Counted from the stretch's first letter, positions 18,130 through 26,704 are shown. The stretch is 32,000 nucleotides of DNA from Vibrio vulnificus CMCP6 (GCF_000039765.1 NC_004460.2:1-32000), one strand, 5' to 3'. The notes: a model not told the origin generated them from the letters alone. Translations and numbers: made by a program.

Positions 18130-19212
18130 TTACGGGAGCACTTGGTAAATGTTGCCATTGTCGGTGGTGAAATAGAGATAATCATCTGGACTTAAGGTGA
18201 TGTCTCGAACTCGCTCGTTGAGTTTTTCAAATAAACGGTCAGTCTCTTTGAGCTGGCCGTTTTCGATGCTGACCACATTGATGTGCGTGAGCTTTAACGC
18301 GCCGATCAGCAGCTTGCCGTTGAGGCTCGGGTAACGCTCACCGCGATAGAGCATGAGGCTACTAGGCGCAATAGAAGGTATATAGACCCATTTGGGCGCT
18401 TCGATGCCGGGCAGCGTATCGGCTTCTCCAACGCGAATCGGACCCCAATATTCTTTGCCATGAGAAGTCTTGGCCCAGCCGTAGTTCTTTGCAGCTTGAA
18501 TGAGGTTAATCTCATCGCCCCCTCTTGGGCCATGTTCGACAGACCAGAGTCGCTGCGTTTTGCCATCGAAAAACAGTCCTTGTGGGTTGCGATGGCCAAA
18601 GCTCCATATCTCCTTTTTCACCTCACTATTGTCGATGAATGGATTGTCGTTGGGTATTTTTCCGTCCAGTGTTAGGCGCAAAATGGTGGCAGCATGGTTG
18701 CTCGGATCTTGGCCGTTGTCTCGAACGCCACGGTCACCGATGGAGACATAAAGGTGATTGCTGTCGTCAAAGGCGATACGACTGCCGAAGTGGCGACCGG
18801 TTGTTGACACCGCATCCGTGACAAACAACTCTTTCCAGTCGGAGAGCTCTTTGTTTTGCAAACGGGCAGTGGCCAGTACCACAGTTGTGCCAGTGTCGAC
18901 TTCTTTTGAAAAGGTAAAATAGAGCTGCTGACGTGTGATGGGGGAAAGGGCAACATCAAGTAAACCGCCTTGTCCTGACTCGTCGACATTGGTGACTTGA
19001 TAGAGTGGGGTTTTCTGACCTTGAGTGACATCGAGCAACGAGATACGGCCATTTTTCTCGGTAATGACGGCGTTAGCGCTGTCGATAAATTCCATTCCCC
19101 AAGGAATTTGATAACCCGAAGCGATTTGCTTAAGTTTTAATTCCTCACTTAGAGTGGAAAACGACACCAACCCTAGCAGTACGGTTCCTAAACACTGACC
19201 TGTCCATTTCAT
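18130..19212 (-). CDS. Soluble PQQ-dependent aldose sugar dehydrogenase family protein (YliI/glucose-sorbosone dehydrogenase type)
   Basis: 'IPWGMEFIDSANAVITEKNGRISLLD', 'DSNHLYVSIGDRG', 'IWSFGHRNPQGLFFDGKTQRLWSVEHGPRGGDEINLI', 'ISPDDYLYFTTDNGNIYQV' (read as 'LSPDDYLYFTTDNGNIY'); signal-like N-terminus. Confidence 0.9.
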   Translation of the reverse strand: MKWTGQCLGTVLLGLVSFSTLSEELKLKQIASGYQIPWGMEFIDSANAVITEKNGRISLLDVTQGQKTPLYQVTNVDESGQGGLLDVALSPITRQQLYFTFSKEVDTGTTVVLATARLQNKELSDWKELFVTDAVSTTGRHFGSRIAFDDSNHLYVSIGDRGVRDNGQDPSNHAATILRLTLDGKIPNDNPFIDNSEVKKEIWSFGHRNPQGLFFDGKTQRLWSVEHGPRGGDEINLIQAAKNYGWAKTSHGKEYWGPIRVGEADTLPGIEAPKWVYIPSIAPSSLMLYRGERYPSLNGKLLIGALKLTHINVVSIENGQLKETDRLFEKLNERVRDITLSPDDYLYFTTDNGNIYQVLP

Positions 19213-19346
19213 TGCAACGATCCTTTTGGCTGAATCCCTTTGACTTGATTAGTTTGAGTATATACCTAATGCCCGTCGAATTCTGACCTATACTTATCCA
19301 CTAGGAGAGCTGTGTTCTGTTAAATCAATAACTTTGGGGCATAACT

Positions 19347-19949
19347 ATGGCGTATAAAGGAAGAATCGCTCAATGGAGCCATGACAAAGGTAATGGTTTT
19401 ATCAAAATTGATGGTTCTGGGGAGATGGTTTATTTCAATAAAGCAGAAGTGATTGGCAGTGCAACCTTAGACGATGTGGTGACGTTCGAAGTGGAGCGAA
19501 ACAAACACGGACAGGTCGTCGCGGTGGCCGTACAAAAAGCCTTTGTTTTCTCATTTGCAATTGCCGTGGCCATTATCTTTCTCACCGCAGTTTTTGCTGG
19601 TATTTGGTTATTCCGTTACCCCGCATTAGCGGTTTTACATTACTTTTTTATCAGTGCAGTGACGTTTGTGATTTGTGCATTTGACGTTTCTGCCGCCAAA
19701 GAGGGCAACCCGAGAGTGCCAGAAATGGTGCTCTATATCTTGGCATTAATTGGTGGTTGGCCGGGAGCATTTTTTGCCCATGTTGTTTTGAGTCATAAAG
19801 TCGGCAACACGCCGTTTATGGTGATGAGTTGGTTGATGGCTTTGGTCAATATGGCTGGCTTTGCCTGGACGCTAACCGATTACGGTAAAAGCTATCTTTA
19901 CCTGATCCTAGATCGGTTACCGCTGCACTTGATCCCGGGTTTTGCTTAA
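19347..19949 (+). CDS. Cold-shock domain plus DUF1294 membrane protein
   Basis: N-terminal CSD 'GRIAQWSHDKGNGFIKIDGSGEMVYFNKAEV' followed by a TM domain 'AFDVSAAKEGNPRVPEMVLYILALIGGWPGAFFAHVVLSHK'. Confidence 0.9.
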   Translation: MAYKGRIAQWSHDKGNGFIKIDGSGEMVYFNKAEVIGSATLDDVVTFEVERNKHGQVVAVAVQKAFVFSFAIAVAIIFLTAVFAGIWLFRYPALAVLHYFFISAVTFVICAFDVSAAKEGNPRVPEMVLYILALIGGWPGAFFAHVVLSHKVGNTPFMVMSWLMALVNMAGFAWTLTDYGKSYLYLILDRLPLHLIPGFA

Positions 19950-19973
19950 TTTGATGGTTTTCTAATGATCAAA

Positions 19974-19999
19974 ACAAAGCGCTCAAATGAGCGCTTTGT
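19974..19999. terminator. Probable bidirectional terminator between convergent genes
   Basis: ACAAAGCGCTCA-AA-TGAGCGCTTTGT perfect palindrome; minus strand continues TTTGTTTTGATC. Confidence 0.75.
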
Positions 20000-20023
20000 C
20001 GATTTTGATGTCAGAGAAAGGGC

Positions 20024-21172
20024 TTACATTGCCGCTTCGAAAATCGCAGAGATTTCTTCGTGCGTGGCTTGTTTCGGGTTAGTGAAACCACAAGCGTCTT
20101 TGAGTGCATTGTCAGCCAAGGTTGGGATATCTTCAGATTTTGCACCAAGCTCGCGAATACCTGCTGGAATACCCACGTCTTTCGCCAGTGCCACAATCGC
20201 ATCAATGGCGGCTTCTGCGCCTTGCTCTGCACTCATGCCTTCGACATTGACACCCATTGCTTTTGCCACATCACGTAGACGCTCTGGACAAACCTGCGCA
20301 TTGTAGCGTTGTACGTGTGGTAACAAGATCGCGTTACAAACACCGTGTGGTAGATCGTAGAAGCCACCCAATTGGTGCGCCATTGCGTGTACGTAACCTA
20401 GTGAGGCATTGTTGAACGCCATACCTGCCATAAACTGTGCGTACGCCATTTGCTCACGCGCTTCAATATCATCGCCGTGTGCGACGGCAGTACGAAGATG
20501 GGCTTGGATAAGCTCAATCGCTTTGATTGCAACTGCATCGGTAATCGGCGTCGCAGCAATAGAAACGTACGCTTCTACCGCGTGAGTCAAGGCGTCCATT
20601 CCTGTTGCCGCAGTTAGTGATGCAGGTTTTGCCAGCATCAGTTCCGGATCGTTCACAGAGATTAGTGGCGTGGTGTGTTTATCGACGATCGCCATTTTAA
20701 TATGACGTTCTTCATCGGTAATGATGCAGAAACGGGTCATTTCAGATGCGGTGCCTGCGGTGGTGTTAATTGCGATCAGCGGTAGCATTGGTTTCGCTGA
20801 TTTGTCCACGCCTTCGTAATCCGCAATCTCGCCGCCGTTTGCTGCGACAAGCGCAATGCCTTTTGCACAGTCGTGCGGAGAACCACCACCGAGTGAAATC
20901 ACAAAATCACACTCATTTTGCTTCAGTAGTGCCAAACCTGCATTGACGTTGCCGATGGTTGGGTTGGGCTGAGTACCATCGAAGACAACCGTTTCTACAT
21001 GACGCTCGCTTAGTAGGTCTTGAACTTGTTTTACAACGCCGATTTGATTAAGAATTTTGTCGGTAACAATAAGCCCTTTGGTAAAGCCTTGAGCTTTAAT
21101 GCTGTCTGCTGCGTCTTTAAGACAGCCTGCGCCCATTAGGTTCACAGTTGGGATAAAAAATGCACTTGCCAT
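20024..21172 (-). CDS. Iron-containing alcohol dehydrogenase (YiaY/AdhB-like)
   Basis: '[24 protein letters not shown]', '[20 protein letters not shown]', '[14 protein letters not shown]', '[29 protein letters not shown]'. Confidence 0.94.
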   Translation of the reverse strand: MASAFFIPTVNLMGAGCLKDAADSIKAQGFTKGLIVTDKILNQIGVVKQVQDLLSERHVETVVFDGTQPNPTIGNVNAGLALLKQNECDFVISLGGGSPHDCAKGIALVAANGGEIADYEGVDKSAKPMLPLIAINTTAGTASEMTRFCIITDEERHIKMAIVDKHTTPLISVNDPELMLAKPASLTAATGMDALTHAVEAYVSIAATPITDAVAIKAIELIQAHLRTAVAHGDDIEAREQMAYAQFMAGMAFNNASLGYVHAMAHQLGGFYDLPHGVCNAILLPHVQRYNAQVCPERLRDVAKAMGVNVEGMSAEQGAEAAIDAIVALAKDVGIPAGIRELGAKSEDIPTLADNALKDACGFTNPKQATHEEISAIFEAAM

Positions 21173-21517
21173 TTGGATTGCTCCATCGTTGTTAGTTATT
21201 AATAATTCCTCTTCTGGTTATTACTTTGTCATATGAATGTGCTCTGAAAATTTGATCTCAGACAATTCGAAAGAGGGAAATCCCTCTCTAAAGATAGGAA
21301 GTGTGAACAGGATCTTGTTGCACATAATTTTCGTTATCTTATTGATAAATTTCTTTAAAATACAGAGTGATAACGCAATCGATTTTCCACTCATTTTCGG
21401 TTGTTAGCCGAAAAACGGTGTTTATTGATTGCCACGGCAAATGGCAGAGGGGGCTTTTACTGGCTATTTGATGGCCGCTGCGTTAGCATTGCCGACCTTT
21501 TTTCGGCAGGAGGTGTT

Positions 21518-22870
21518 ATGTACATTGGTTTCGATTATGGAACAGCGAATTGTTCAGTGGCGAAAATGCAAGATGGCGAGCCAGAGCTGCTCGCTATTGA
21601 AGGGTCAAGTCACTATATTCCTTCAACACTTTCCGCCCCGACGCGTGAATCGGTTTCTGAGCATTTATTTCGTCATCGAGATATCAAGCCACTAGATAAA
21701 GTGGGTGAACAGGTATTGCGCCGAGCCATCAACGTCAATCGAGAAGAGAGCATTGAGCTGCACCCTGAAGATGTGGTGTTTGGTCAAGCGGCGCTTGATC
21801 GCTATTTGGCAGACCCAACGGATCTCTATTACGTTAAGTCACCTAAATCGTTTCTTGGCGCCTCCGGCCTGCATGATGTGCAGCTGAGCTTCTTCGAAGA
21901 TCTGGTTTGCGCCATGATGGCTAACATCAAAACCAACGCAGAACATTCGGCACAAGCAGTGATTCGTGATGCGGTGATTGGCCGTCCGGTCAACTTCCAT
22001 GGACGAGGCGGTGAAGAGGCAAACCGTCAGGCCGAAGGCATCTTGCGTCGCGCTGCGACACGTGCTGGTTTTAAAAACATCGAGTTTCAATTTGAGCCGG
22101 TAGCGGCAGGTCTAGAGTACGAAGCAAGCCTGCAGCAAGATAAAACTGTGTTGGTGGTCGATATTGGCGGGGGCACGACTGACTGCTCTCTGATTGAAAT
22201 GGGGCCAAGCTGGCGTGGAAAAACCGAGCGTACAGGCAGCTTGCTTGCCCATTCCGGCCAGCGAATTGGCGGCAACGACCTCGATATTTATCTCGCGTTT
22301 CGTCAACTGATGACGCCATTTGGGTTTGGCAGCAAAGCACTAAGTGGTATTGATATGCCCAGAACACAGTTTTGGAACCCGATAGCTATTAACAACGTTC
22401 AAGCGCAAAACGATTTCTATGGAAGAGCCAATCTAGCGGCGCTAAAGCTGCTGCACAAAGAAGCCCAAGAGCCAGAGAAATTGGCGCGCTTGCTCAAGGT
22501 TTACCATGAAACGCTCGGTTATCAGATCGTCAGACGGGCTGAAGAGGCAAAAATTGCCTTGTCGGATAGCGAACAATACCAAGTTGCCCTCAATCTGTTT
22601 TCGGAACACTTACATGTGGATGTGAGCCAGAGCGAAATGATTGAAGCAATTGAGTCACCAAAGAGCAAAATGGTGGAGCTAGTAAAAGAAGCCGTTGATC
22701 ATGGAGGCGTGAAGCCGGATGTGATTTTTATGACCGGTGGTTCCGCTCGCTCACCGATTTTACGCCAAGCTGTAGAGAGCGAGTTACCGAATGTGCCCGT
22801 TGTCAGCGGCAACTATTTCGGCTCGGTTACCGCAGGTCTCGCGCGTTGGGCTGAGGTTTGTTTCCGCTGA
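21518..22870 (+). CDS. yegD: Hsp70-family protein, YegD-like molecular chaperone
   Basis: 'MYIGFDYGTANCSVAKMQDG', 'TVLVVDIGGGTTDCSLIEMG', 'VIFMTGGSARSPILRQAV'. ATG at 21518 directly follows the strong SD AGGAGG; the track start at 21401 is unlikely. Confidence 0.92.
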   Translation: MYIGFDYGTANCSVAKMQDGEPELLAIEGSSHYIPSTLSAPTRESVSEHLFRHRDIKPLDKVGEQVLRRAINVNREESIELHPEDVVFGQAALDRYLADPTDLYYVKSPKSFLGASGLHDVQLSFFEDLVCAMMANIKTNAEHSAQAVIRDAVIGRPVNFHGRGGEEANRQAEGILRRAATRAGFKNIEFQFEPVAAGLEYEASLQQDKTVLVVDIGGGTTDCSLIEMGPSWRGKTERTGSLLAHSGQRIGGNDLDIYLAFRQLMTPFGFGSKALSGIDMPRTQFWNPIAINNVQAQNDFYGRANLAALKLLHKEAQEPEKLARLLKVYHETLGYQIVRRAEEAKIALSDSEQYQVALNLFSEHLHVDVSQSEMIEAIESPKSKMVELVKEAVDHGGVKPDVIFMTGGSARSPILRQAVESELPNVPVVSGNYFGSVTAGLARWAEVCFR

Positions 22871-22955
22871 TTACGTTAATGCATTACCGTTTGACCTTAC
22901 CCCAAGGCAAAGGTTTATACCTATTGTGGTCGTTAATCCGAAAGTAAGGTGACTT

Positions 22956-23069
22956 ATGGGATGTTGTAATCAAGCGCCGAAAGGCGGTAGTGGAAAACCA
23001 TCCACACTGTTCATTACCATTGCGGTGATGATGGTCGTGGTGTTTGCATTAGCTTTTTTCGCTGGCTAA
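22956..23069 (+). CDS. 37-aa small membrane protein (not in the supplied ORF track)
   Basis: ATG at 22956 after TAAGGTGA: MGCCNQAPKGGSGKPSTLFITIAVMMVVVFALAFFAG*; one predicted TM helix and an N-terminal Cys pair; followed by a terminator. Confidence 0.72.
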   Translation: MGCCNQAPKGGSGKPSTLFITIAVMMVVVFALAFFAG

Positions 23070-23080
23070 AAAGCACAAAA

Positions 23081-23110
23081 GGCGCTCTGGTTTGAGCGCC
23101 TTCTTCATTT
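23081..23110. terminator. Bidirectional Rho-independent terminator
   Basis: GGCGCTC-TGGTTT-GAGCGCC then TTCTTCATTT on +; TTTTGTGC on -. Confidence 0.85.
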
Positions 23111-23122
23111 CTGCTTGATGGA

Positions 23123-23512
23123 TTATTCTTCTGGTTTGACGGCCAGCATTTCTTCAATACCCCCGCCATTTAATAGCAGCGTGTAGCCAGATTGCGTGAG
23201 GAAATCGTATGCTTGGCCGGAACGATTACCACTGCGGCAGTACAGAACGATCGGCTGGCTCTTGTCGATCTTGCTAAAGCCTTTCGCCAGCTCATTCAAA
23301 GGGATGTTTACTGCCCCTTCAATGTGTTTTTGTTGAAACTCCGCCGGTGTACGCACATCCACAACGAGCGCACCTTGTTCAATCCATTCCCACGCTTCCA
23401 TTGCTCGATTTGACGCATGAGCGAAGGAGGAAACACAACTTAGCAACAGCAGGCTTAAAAATGCGCGCCAATGTGTATACCACTGAGTTTGTTGTTGGTT
23501 TTTTTGTCGCAT
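23123..23512 (-). CDS. Exported rhodanese-like domain protein
   Basis: Signal-like 'AFLSLLLLSCVSSFAHA', 'ALVVDVRTPAEFQQKHIEGAVNIPLNEL', active-site loop 'IVLYCRSGNRSGQA'. ATG at 23512 preferred over track start 23572. Confidence 0.92.
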   Translation of the reverse strand: MRQKNQQQTQWYTHWRAFLSLLLLSCVSSFAHASNRAMEAWEWIEQGALVVDVRTPAEFQQKHIEGAVNIPLNELAKGFSKIDKSQPIVLYCRSGNRSGQAYDFLTQSGYTLLLNGGGIEEMLAVKPEE

Positions 23513-23693
23513 GAAGACTCCTAATGACACCGCGAACCTGTCTGTATTCTCAACAAATTGGAGAGGATGCAAACAATGTGTCTAATCATTCTCCGAACGA
23601 CAGGAGAAGTCTCGTTTTTGAACGGAAATTGTGAAGTGAATCATGTATTCTCGCCGCCTTAGTCACTGACTCACAAATAAAAAATAAATCACT

Positions 23694-24731
23694 ATGCATT
23701 ACGAGCAACAACTAGGGTATCGCTATCCCAAAGGGCGATTTGCACTTATTAGTGTGTATTCTTTTACTGGCGCTGCCATTTTGGCGTCCACCATTTTTTC
23801 ATTGCTGCTGTTTTTGTCGATAGATGACAACCCCTTGATGCAGGCCTTATTTGGTGGTTTGGCCATCATTTTCGAGGCGGGAAAGTTTTACGCTTGGTAC
23901 GAGTTTGGTGAGCGACGTGCACACCGCAATTATTCTGGGGCCATCACGGCGTTTGTCTTTTATTTGGTGCTAGCTGCCATTTCTATCGGCGGTAGTATCG
24001 GCGGCATTAACAGCGCGACCAATACCGCGCAGAATCACATTGCACTGGAGCAGGCTAAAGTCACCGCTTTCAACCGTCAAATTGATGCGATAGAGAAGCA
24101 GATCGAACTCAATAATCTTGCTGCGCAGAAATACATAGAGATGGAACGGATTGCCACGGGGGTGAATCGAATCCAACAACAAAACGATACGTTACGTAAA
24201 GAGCAACAAAAATTGGCCATGCAACGAGACAGCTTGCCGCCTGTCGCGCAAGGCTCAGTGGTGGGGCTCATCGATAGCCTAGCGGCGGCATTTTCAATTC
24301 CATCGGGTCAGGCTCAACTGGGTTTGGTGGTGTTTCTCTCAGTATTGTTGGATTTCTTCGCCGCATTTTTTGTTGGAGTGATTGGTGAAGAGCAACGTTT
24401 TCGTCACTGGTATCGCCGTTTTGGTGACAGTGCAGCAGAGCCAGTTGAATCCGTCGCTCCGGTTGGGTATTTGCCACATTTGAATGCTCAACAAGATTAT
24501 CCGATTGCCGAGACTAAGGAAGCTCAGCCCACGCCATCTCCGCTTTATCTCGATGTGGCTCAAGCATTGGCAAGCAACGAGCTCTCTTGCAGTAAGAAGG
24601 CGGTTGCCAAGCACTTTAAACTCGGTACAGAGGAAGTGGATCGGCTGTTTAACGAATTGATCAACGCGGGTGTGGTTGGTAAGAAAGCCAATAATCATTA
24701 TCACTGGTTGGGCGACACCGCAGCCGCGTAG
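23694..24731 (+). CDS. Hypothetical multi-TM protein with a periplasmic or cytoplasmic coiled coil and a possible C-terminal winged-helix-like domain
   Basis: 345 aa; hydrophobic segments near residues 18-40, 48-66, 82-104 and around 'GLVVFLSVLLDFFAAFFVGVIG'; coiled-coil-like 'AFNRQIDAIEKQIELNNLAAQK...GVNRIQQQNDTLRKEQQKLAMQRDSL'; C-terminal 'DVAQALASNELSCSKKAVAKHFKLGTEEVDRLFNELINAGVVGKKANNHYHW'. Confidence 0.8.
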   Translation: MHYEQQLGYRYPKGRFALISVYSFTGAAILASTIFSLLLFLSIDDNPLMQALFGGLAIIFEAGKFYAWYEFGERRAHRNYSGAITAFVFYLVLAAISIGGSIGGINSATNTAQNHIALEQAKVTAFNRQIDAIEKQIELNNLAAQKYIEMERIATGVNRIQQQNDTLRKEQQKLAMQRDSLPPVAQGSVVGLIDSLAAAFSIPSGQAQLGLVVFLSVLLDFFAAFFVGVIGEEQRFRHWYRRFGDSAAEPVESVAPVGYLPHLNAQQDYPIAETKEAQPTPSPLYLDVAQALASNELSCSKKAVAKHFKLGTEEVDRLFNELINAGVVGKKANNHYHWLGDTAAA

Positions 24732-24744
24732 CGACAGGTTTTCA

Positions 24745-24770
24745 GGGAGCATTTTGCTCCCTTTCTTTAT
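24745..24770 (+). terminator. Rho-independent terminator
   Basis: GGGAGC-ATTTT-GCTCCC followed by TTTCTTTAT. Confidence 0.82.
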
Positions 24771-24834
24771 TCCTGGGAGTTGGTTAATATCCGGAAGTTC
24801 AAAGATTTGCTTAAATGGATATTAGGAGTCGTCG

Positions 24835-25038
24835 ATGCAAATGAAATTACCCACTCTTGCGGCATTATGCTTAGTTACTTTACTGGCGGGTTGTAGTGCT
24901 CATCAGAAGAAAGAGATTAAAGAAGGCTTTACGGAAGTGGGCCATGCCACCAAAGATGCGGCAAAGAAAACCGGCCATTTTTTCCGTGATACCGCGAAAG
25001 ACATTGGTGAAAACCTCGACGAAGCCACCAGCCAATGA
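24835..25038 (+). CDS. Small lipoprotein (entericidin-like size and composition)
   Basis: 67 aa with lipobox 'LVTLLAGC' then a charged Ala/Lys-rich tail 'GFTEVGHATKDAAKKTGHFFRDTAKDIGENLDEATSQ'; SD TAGGAG upstream. Confidence 0.82.
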   Translation: MQMKLPTLAALCLVTLLAGCSAHQKKEIKEGFTEVGHATKDAAKKTGHFFRDTAKDIGENLDEATSQ

Positions 25039-25061
25039 TCCTCTAGCCGAGAGGTAGTGCA

Positions 25062-26012
25062 ATGCGTATTGATATGACAGGGACTTGTGTTAGTCGAAGT
25101 ATCTATATTGATAGAAAACCTGAAAAGGTCATCGACTATATCAGCGATTTTGGGACTTGGGCTAAGTGGTCGCCATGGTTGATTTTGGAGCCGAAAAGCG
25201 AGGTTACCTTTAGTACTTTCCAGCAGCAGCCGGGGGCTCAATACGCATGGAAAGGAGAGCGTATTGGTGCAGGAAAAATGGAGTTAGCTCACCTGTATGA
25301 TCATCAACTCGTTTTCCGCTTGAGCTATCTCAAACCGTTCAAAGGCGAGGCAGAAGTCTATTTCAATGTTTCTCCTGAGCAGCAAGGTTGCCGCGTTGAG
25401 TGGCAATTTCAGGGTAAGTTACCTTGGTACATGTTTTTCTTCCGTCAAATGTTTGGGGCGGTGCTCGGTATGGATTACGCACGCGGTTTGAGAATGTTAA
25501 AAAGCGCCATCGAAACTGGGCATGTGTACTCGAAGTTGAAAGATCTCGGTGAAAAGGTGGTGCCGCAAGTGCATTACATTGGCGTAAAAGGCAGTGCCAC
25601 TACCGACGACGTAGGTCACTTAATGCAACGTCATTTCGATAACTTAGAAGACTATGTAGAGGAATACCGAGTTCCAGTGTGTGGTGAGATTTTTAATCTC
25701 TATCATTCCATGTCACTGAAAACGGGTTTGTTTGAGTTTACCACCTGCATGCCTGTTTCCTACCCGATTGAAGCCAAAGGCAAATTCGTGGCAGGGACGT
25801 TGCCCTCCATGCCCGTTTACGCGGTTGAACACCAAGGCGAATACCAGTTTCTCGGTAATGCTTGGTCGTTTGCTTCGTCATTAACTAGAGCGAAAAAAAT
25901 CAAAACACGCCATAAGCCGTTAGGCATAGAGAAATACCTCAATGGGAAAATGAGCGTGGAGCCAAAAGAGTTGTTAACCGAAGTGATGTTAATCAAACGG
26001 AGTGAGTCATGA
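25062..26012 (+). CDS. SRPBCC/polyketide-cyclase-like protein with a C-terminal effector-binding (GyrI-like) region
   Basis: 'SIYIDRKPEKVIDYISDFGTWAKWSPWLILEPKSEV...GERIGAGKMEL' and 'NLYHSMSLKTGLFEFTTCMPV'. Confidence 0.78.
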   Translation: MRIDMTGTCVSRSIYIDRKPEKVIDYISDFGTWAKWSPWLILEPKSEVTFSTFQQQPGAQYAWKGERIGAGKMELAHLYDHQLVFRLSYLKPFKGEAEVYFNVSPEQQGCRVEWQFQGKLPWYMFFFRQMFGAVLGMDYARGLRMLKSAIETGHVYSKLKDLGEKVVPQVHYIGVKGSATTDDVGHLMQRHFDNLEDYVEEYRVPVCGEIFNLYHSMSLKTGLFEFTTCMPVSYPIEAKGKFVAGTLPSMPVYAVEHQGEYQFLGNAWSFASSLTRAKKIKTRHKPLGIEKYLNGKMSVEPKELLTEVMLIKRSES

Positions 26013-26515
26013 ATAACTTTGCTATCGAAACCATGTTGATCATCCTGCTGGTTCTGTTTGTGCTGCTGATAGCAACGCAAGTGTGGCTTTGGTTACGTCC
26101 GTTTGCTTACGATTTACGCTTGCCCATTGCGTTAAAGCAGAGTGTCCGCTCTTTAATGACTTCGCTCGATCAAGTGAAACCGCAGGGGGTTATCGAAATG
26201 AGGTATGCCGATTTATTTGAGCAAATAAGCCTGAGAAAAACGCCAATGCCGAAGAAGCTCGAATTGGTGAAATCGCTATTTGACGAGGTAAAAACGCAGC
26301 CAGTTGCTAAAGGACGAGATCAGCACGAGCAAGAGATTATCGCCGTCAGTGTGCATCAGTTTGATGCTTTGTTAAGTCAAGTGTCACTCTCTTCACGTAC
26401 TCTCTGCTATTCCAATACTGGGTATTTTCTTTCTGCTTCTGGTGTTTGGTTGTGTCAAATATTGCTCGCCAAGGAAGAAGAGGCGATCGCATTCGTGGAT
26501 GAAAAAAACAGGTAG
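26009..26515 (+). CDS. Hypothetical membrane-anchored protein, co-transcribed with the SRPBCC gene
   Basis: 168 aa, N-terminal TM 'TMLIILLVLFVLLIATQVWLWL'; ATGA stop/start overlap with the preceding gene. Confidence 0.75.
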   Translation: MNNFAIETMLIILLVLFVLLIATQVWLWLRPFAYDLRLPIALKQSVRSLMTSLDQVKPQGVIEMRYADLFEQISLRKTPMPKKLELVKSLFDEVKTQPVAKGRDQHEQEIIAVSVHQFDALLSQVSLSSRTLCYSNTGYFLSASGVWLCQILLAKEEEAIAFVDEKNR

Positions 26516-26537
26516 CCACTCAGCAAAATGTTCATTT

Positions 26538-26562
26538 AAAGCCGCTTTTGCGGCTTTTTTTG
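26538..26562 (+). terminator. Rho-independent terminator
   Basis: AAAGCCGC-TTTT-GCGGCTTTTTTT. Confidence 0.92.
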
Positions 26563-26624
26563 TATCTGGAGAAACAGAAATAGCGCATTCAGGATCTCAA
26601 ATAACGGACAAATATCACCTTTCA

Positions 26625-26681
26625 GTAAACTTTTGAGTTTACGTTTTTGTGATTTGCAATAAAATAAACTCTGAAGTTTAC
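26625..26681. promoter_or_regulatory. Putative paired operator sites upstream of the RND efflux operon
   Basis: GTAAACT-TTTG-AGTTTAC (26625-26642) and TAAACT-CTGA-AGTTTA (26665-26680): same half-sites and same 4-nt spacer, centres 39 bp apart. Confidence 0.6.
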
Positions 26682-26704
26682 TTTTTTCTTTTTGAAGGTG
26701 GAAA

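Noticed and set aside
19965-20306. 113-aa plus-strand ORF overlapping the iron-containing alcohol dehydrogenase
   Set aside because: Lies antisense to a confidently identified gene and shows low-complexity Ser/Ala-rich translation typical of shadow ORFs.
21272-21287. AGAGGGA-AA-TCCCTCT palindrome in the alcohol dehydrogenase/yegD divergent region
   Set aside because: Short with a 2-nt loop, no T-tract, and no recognised operator consensus; insufficient to call.
21401-21517. N-terminal extension of the YegD-like ORF
   Set aside because: The Hsp70 N-terminus MYIGFDYGTANCSVAK begins at 21518 directly after a strong SD; the extension does not look like Hsp70.
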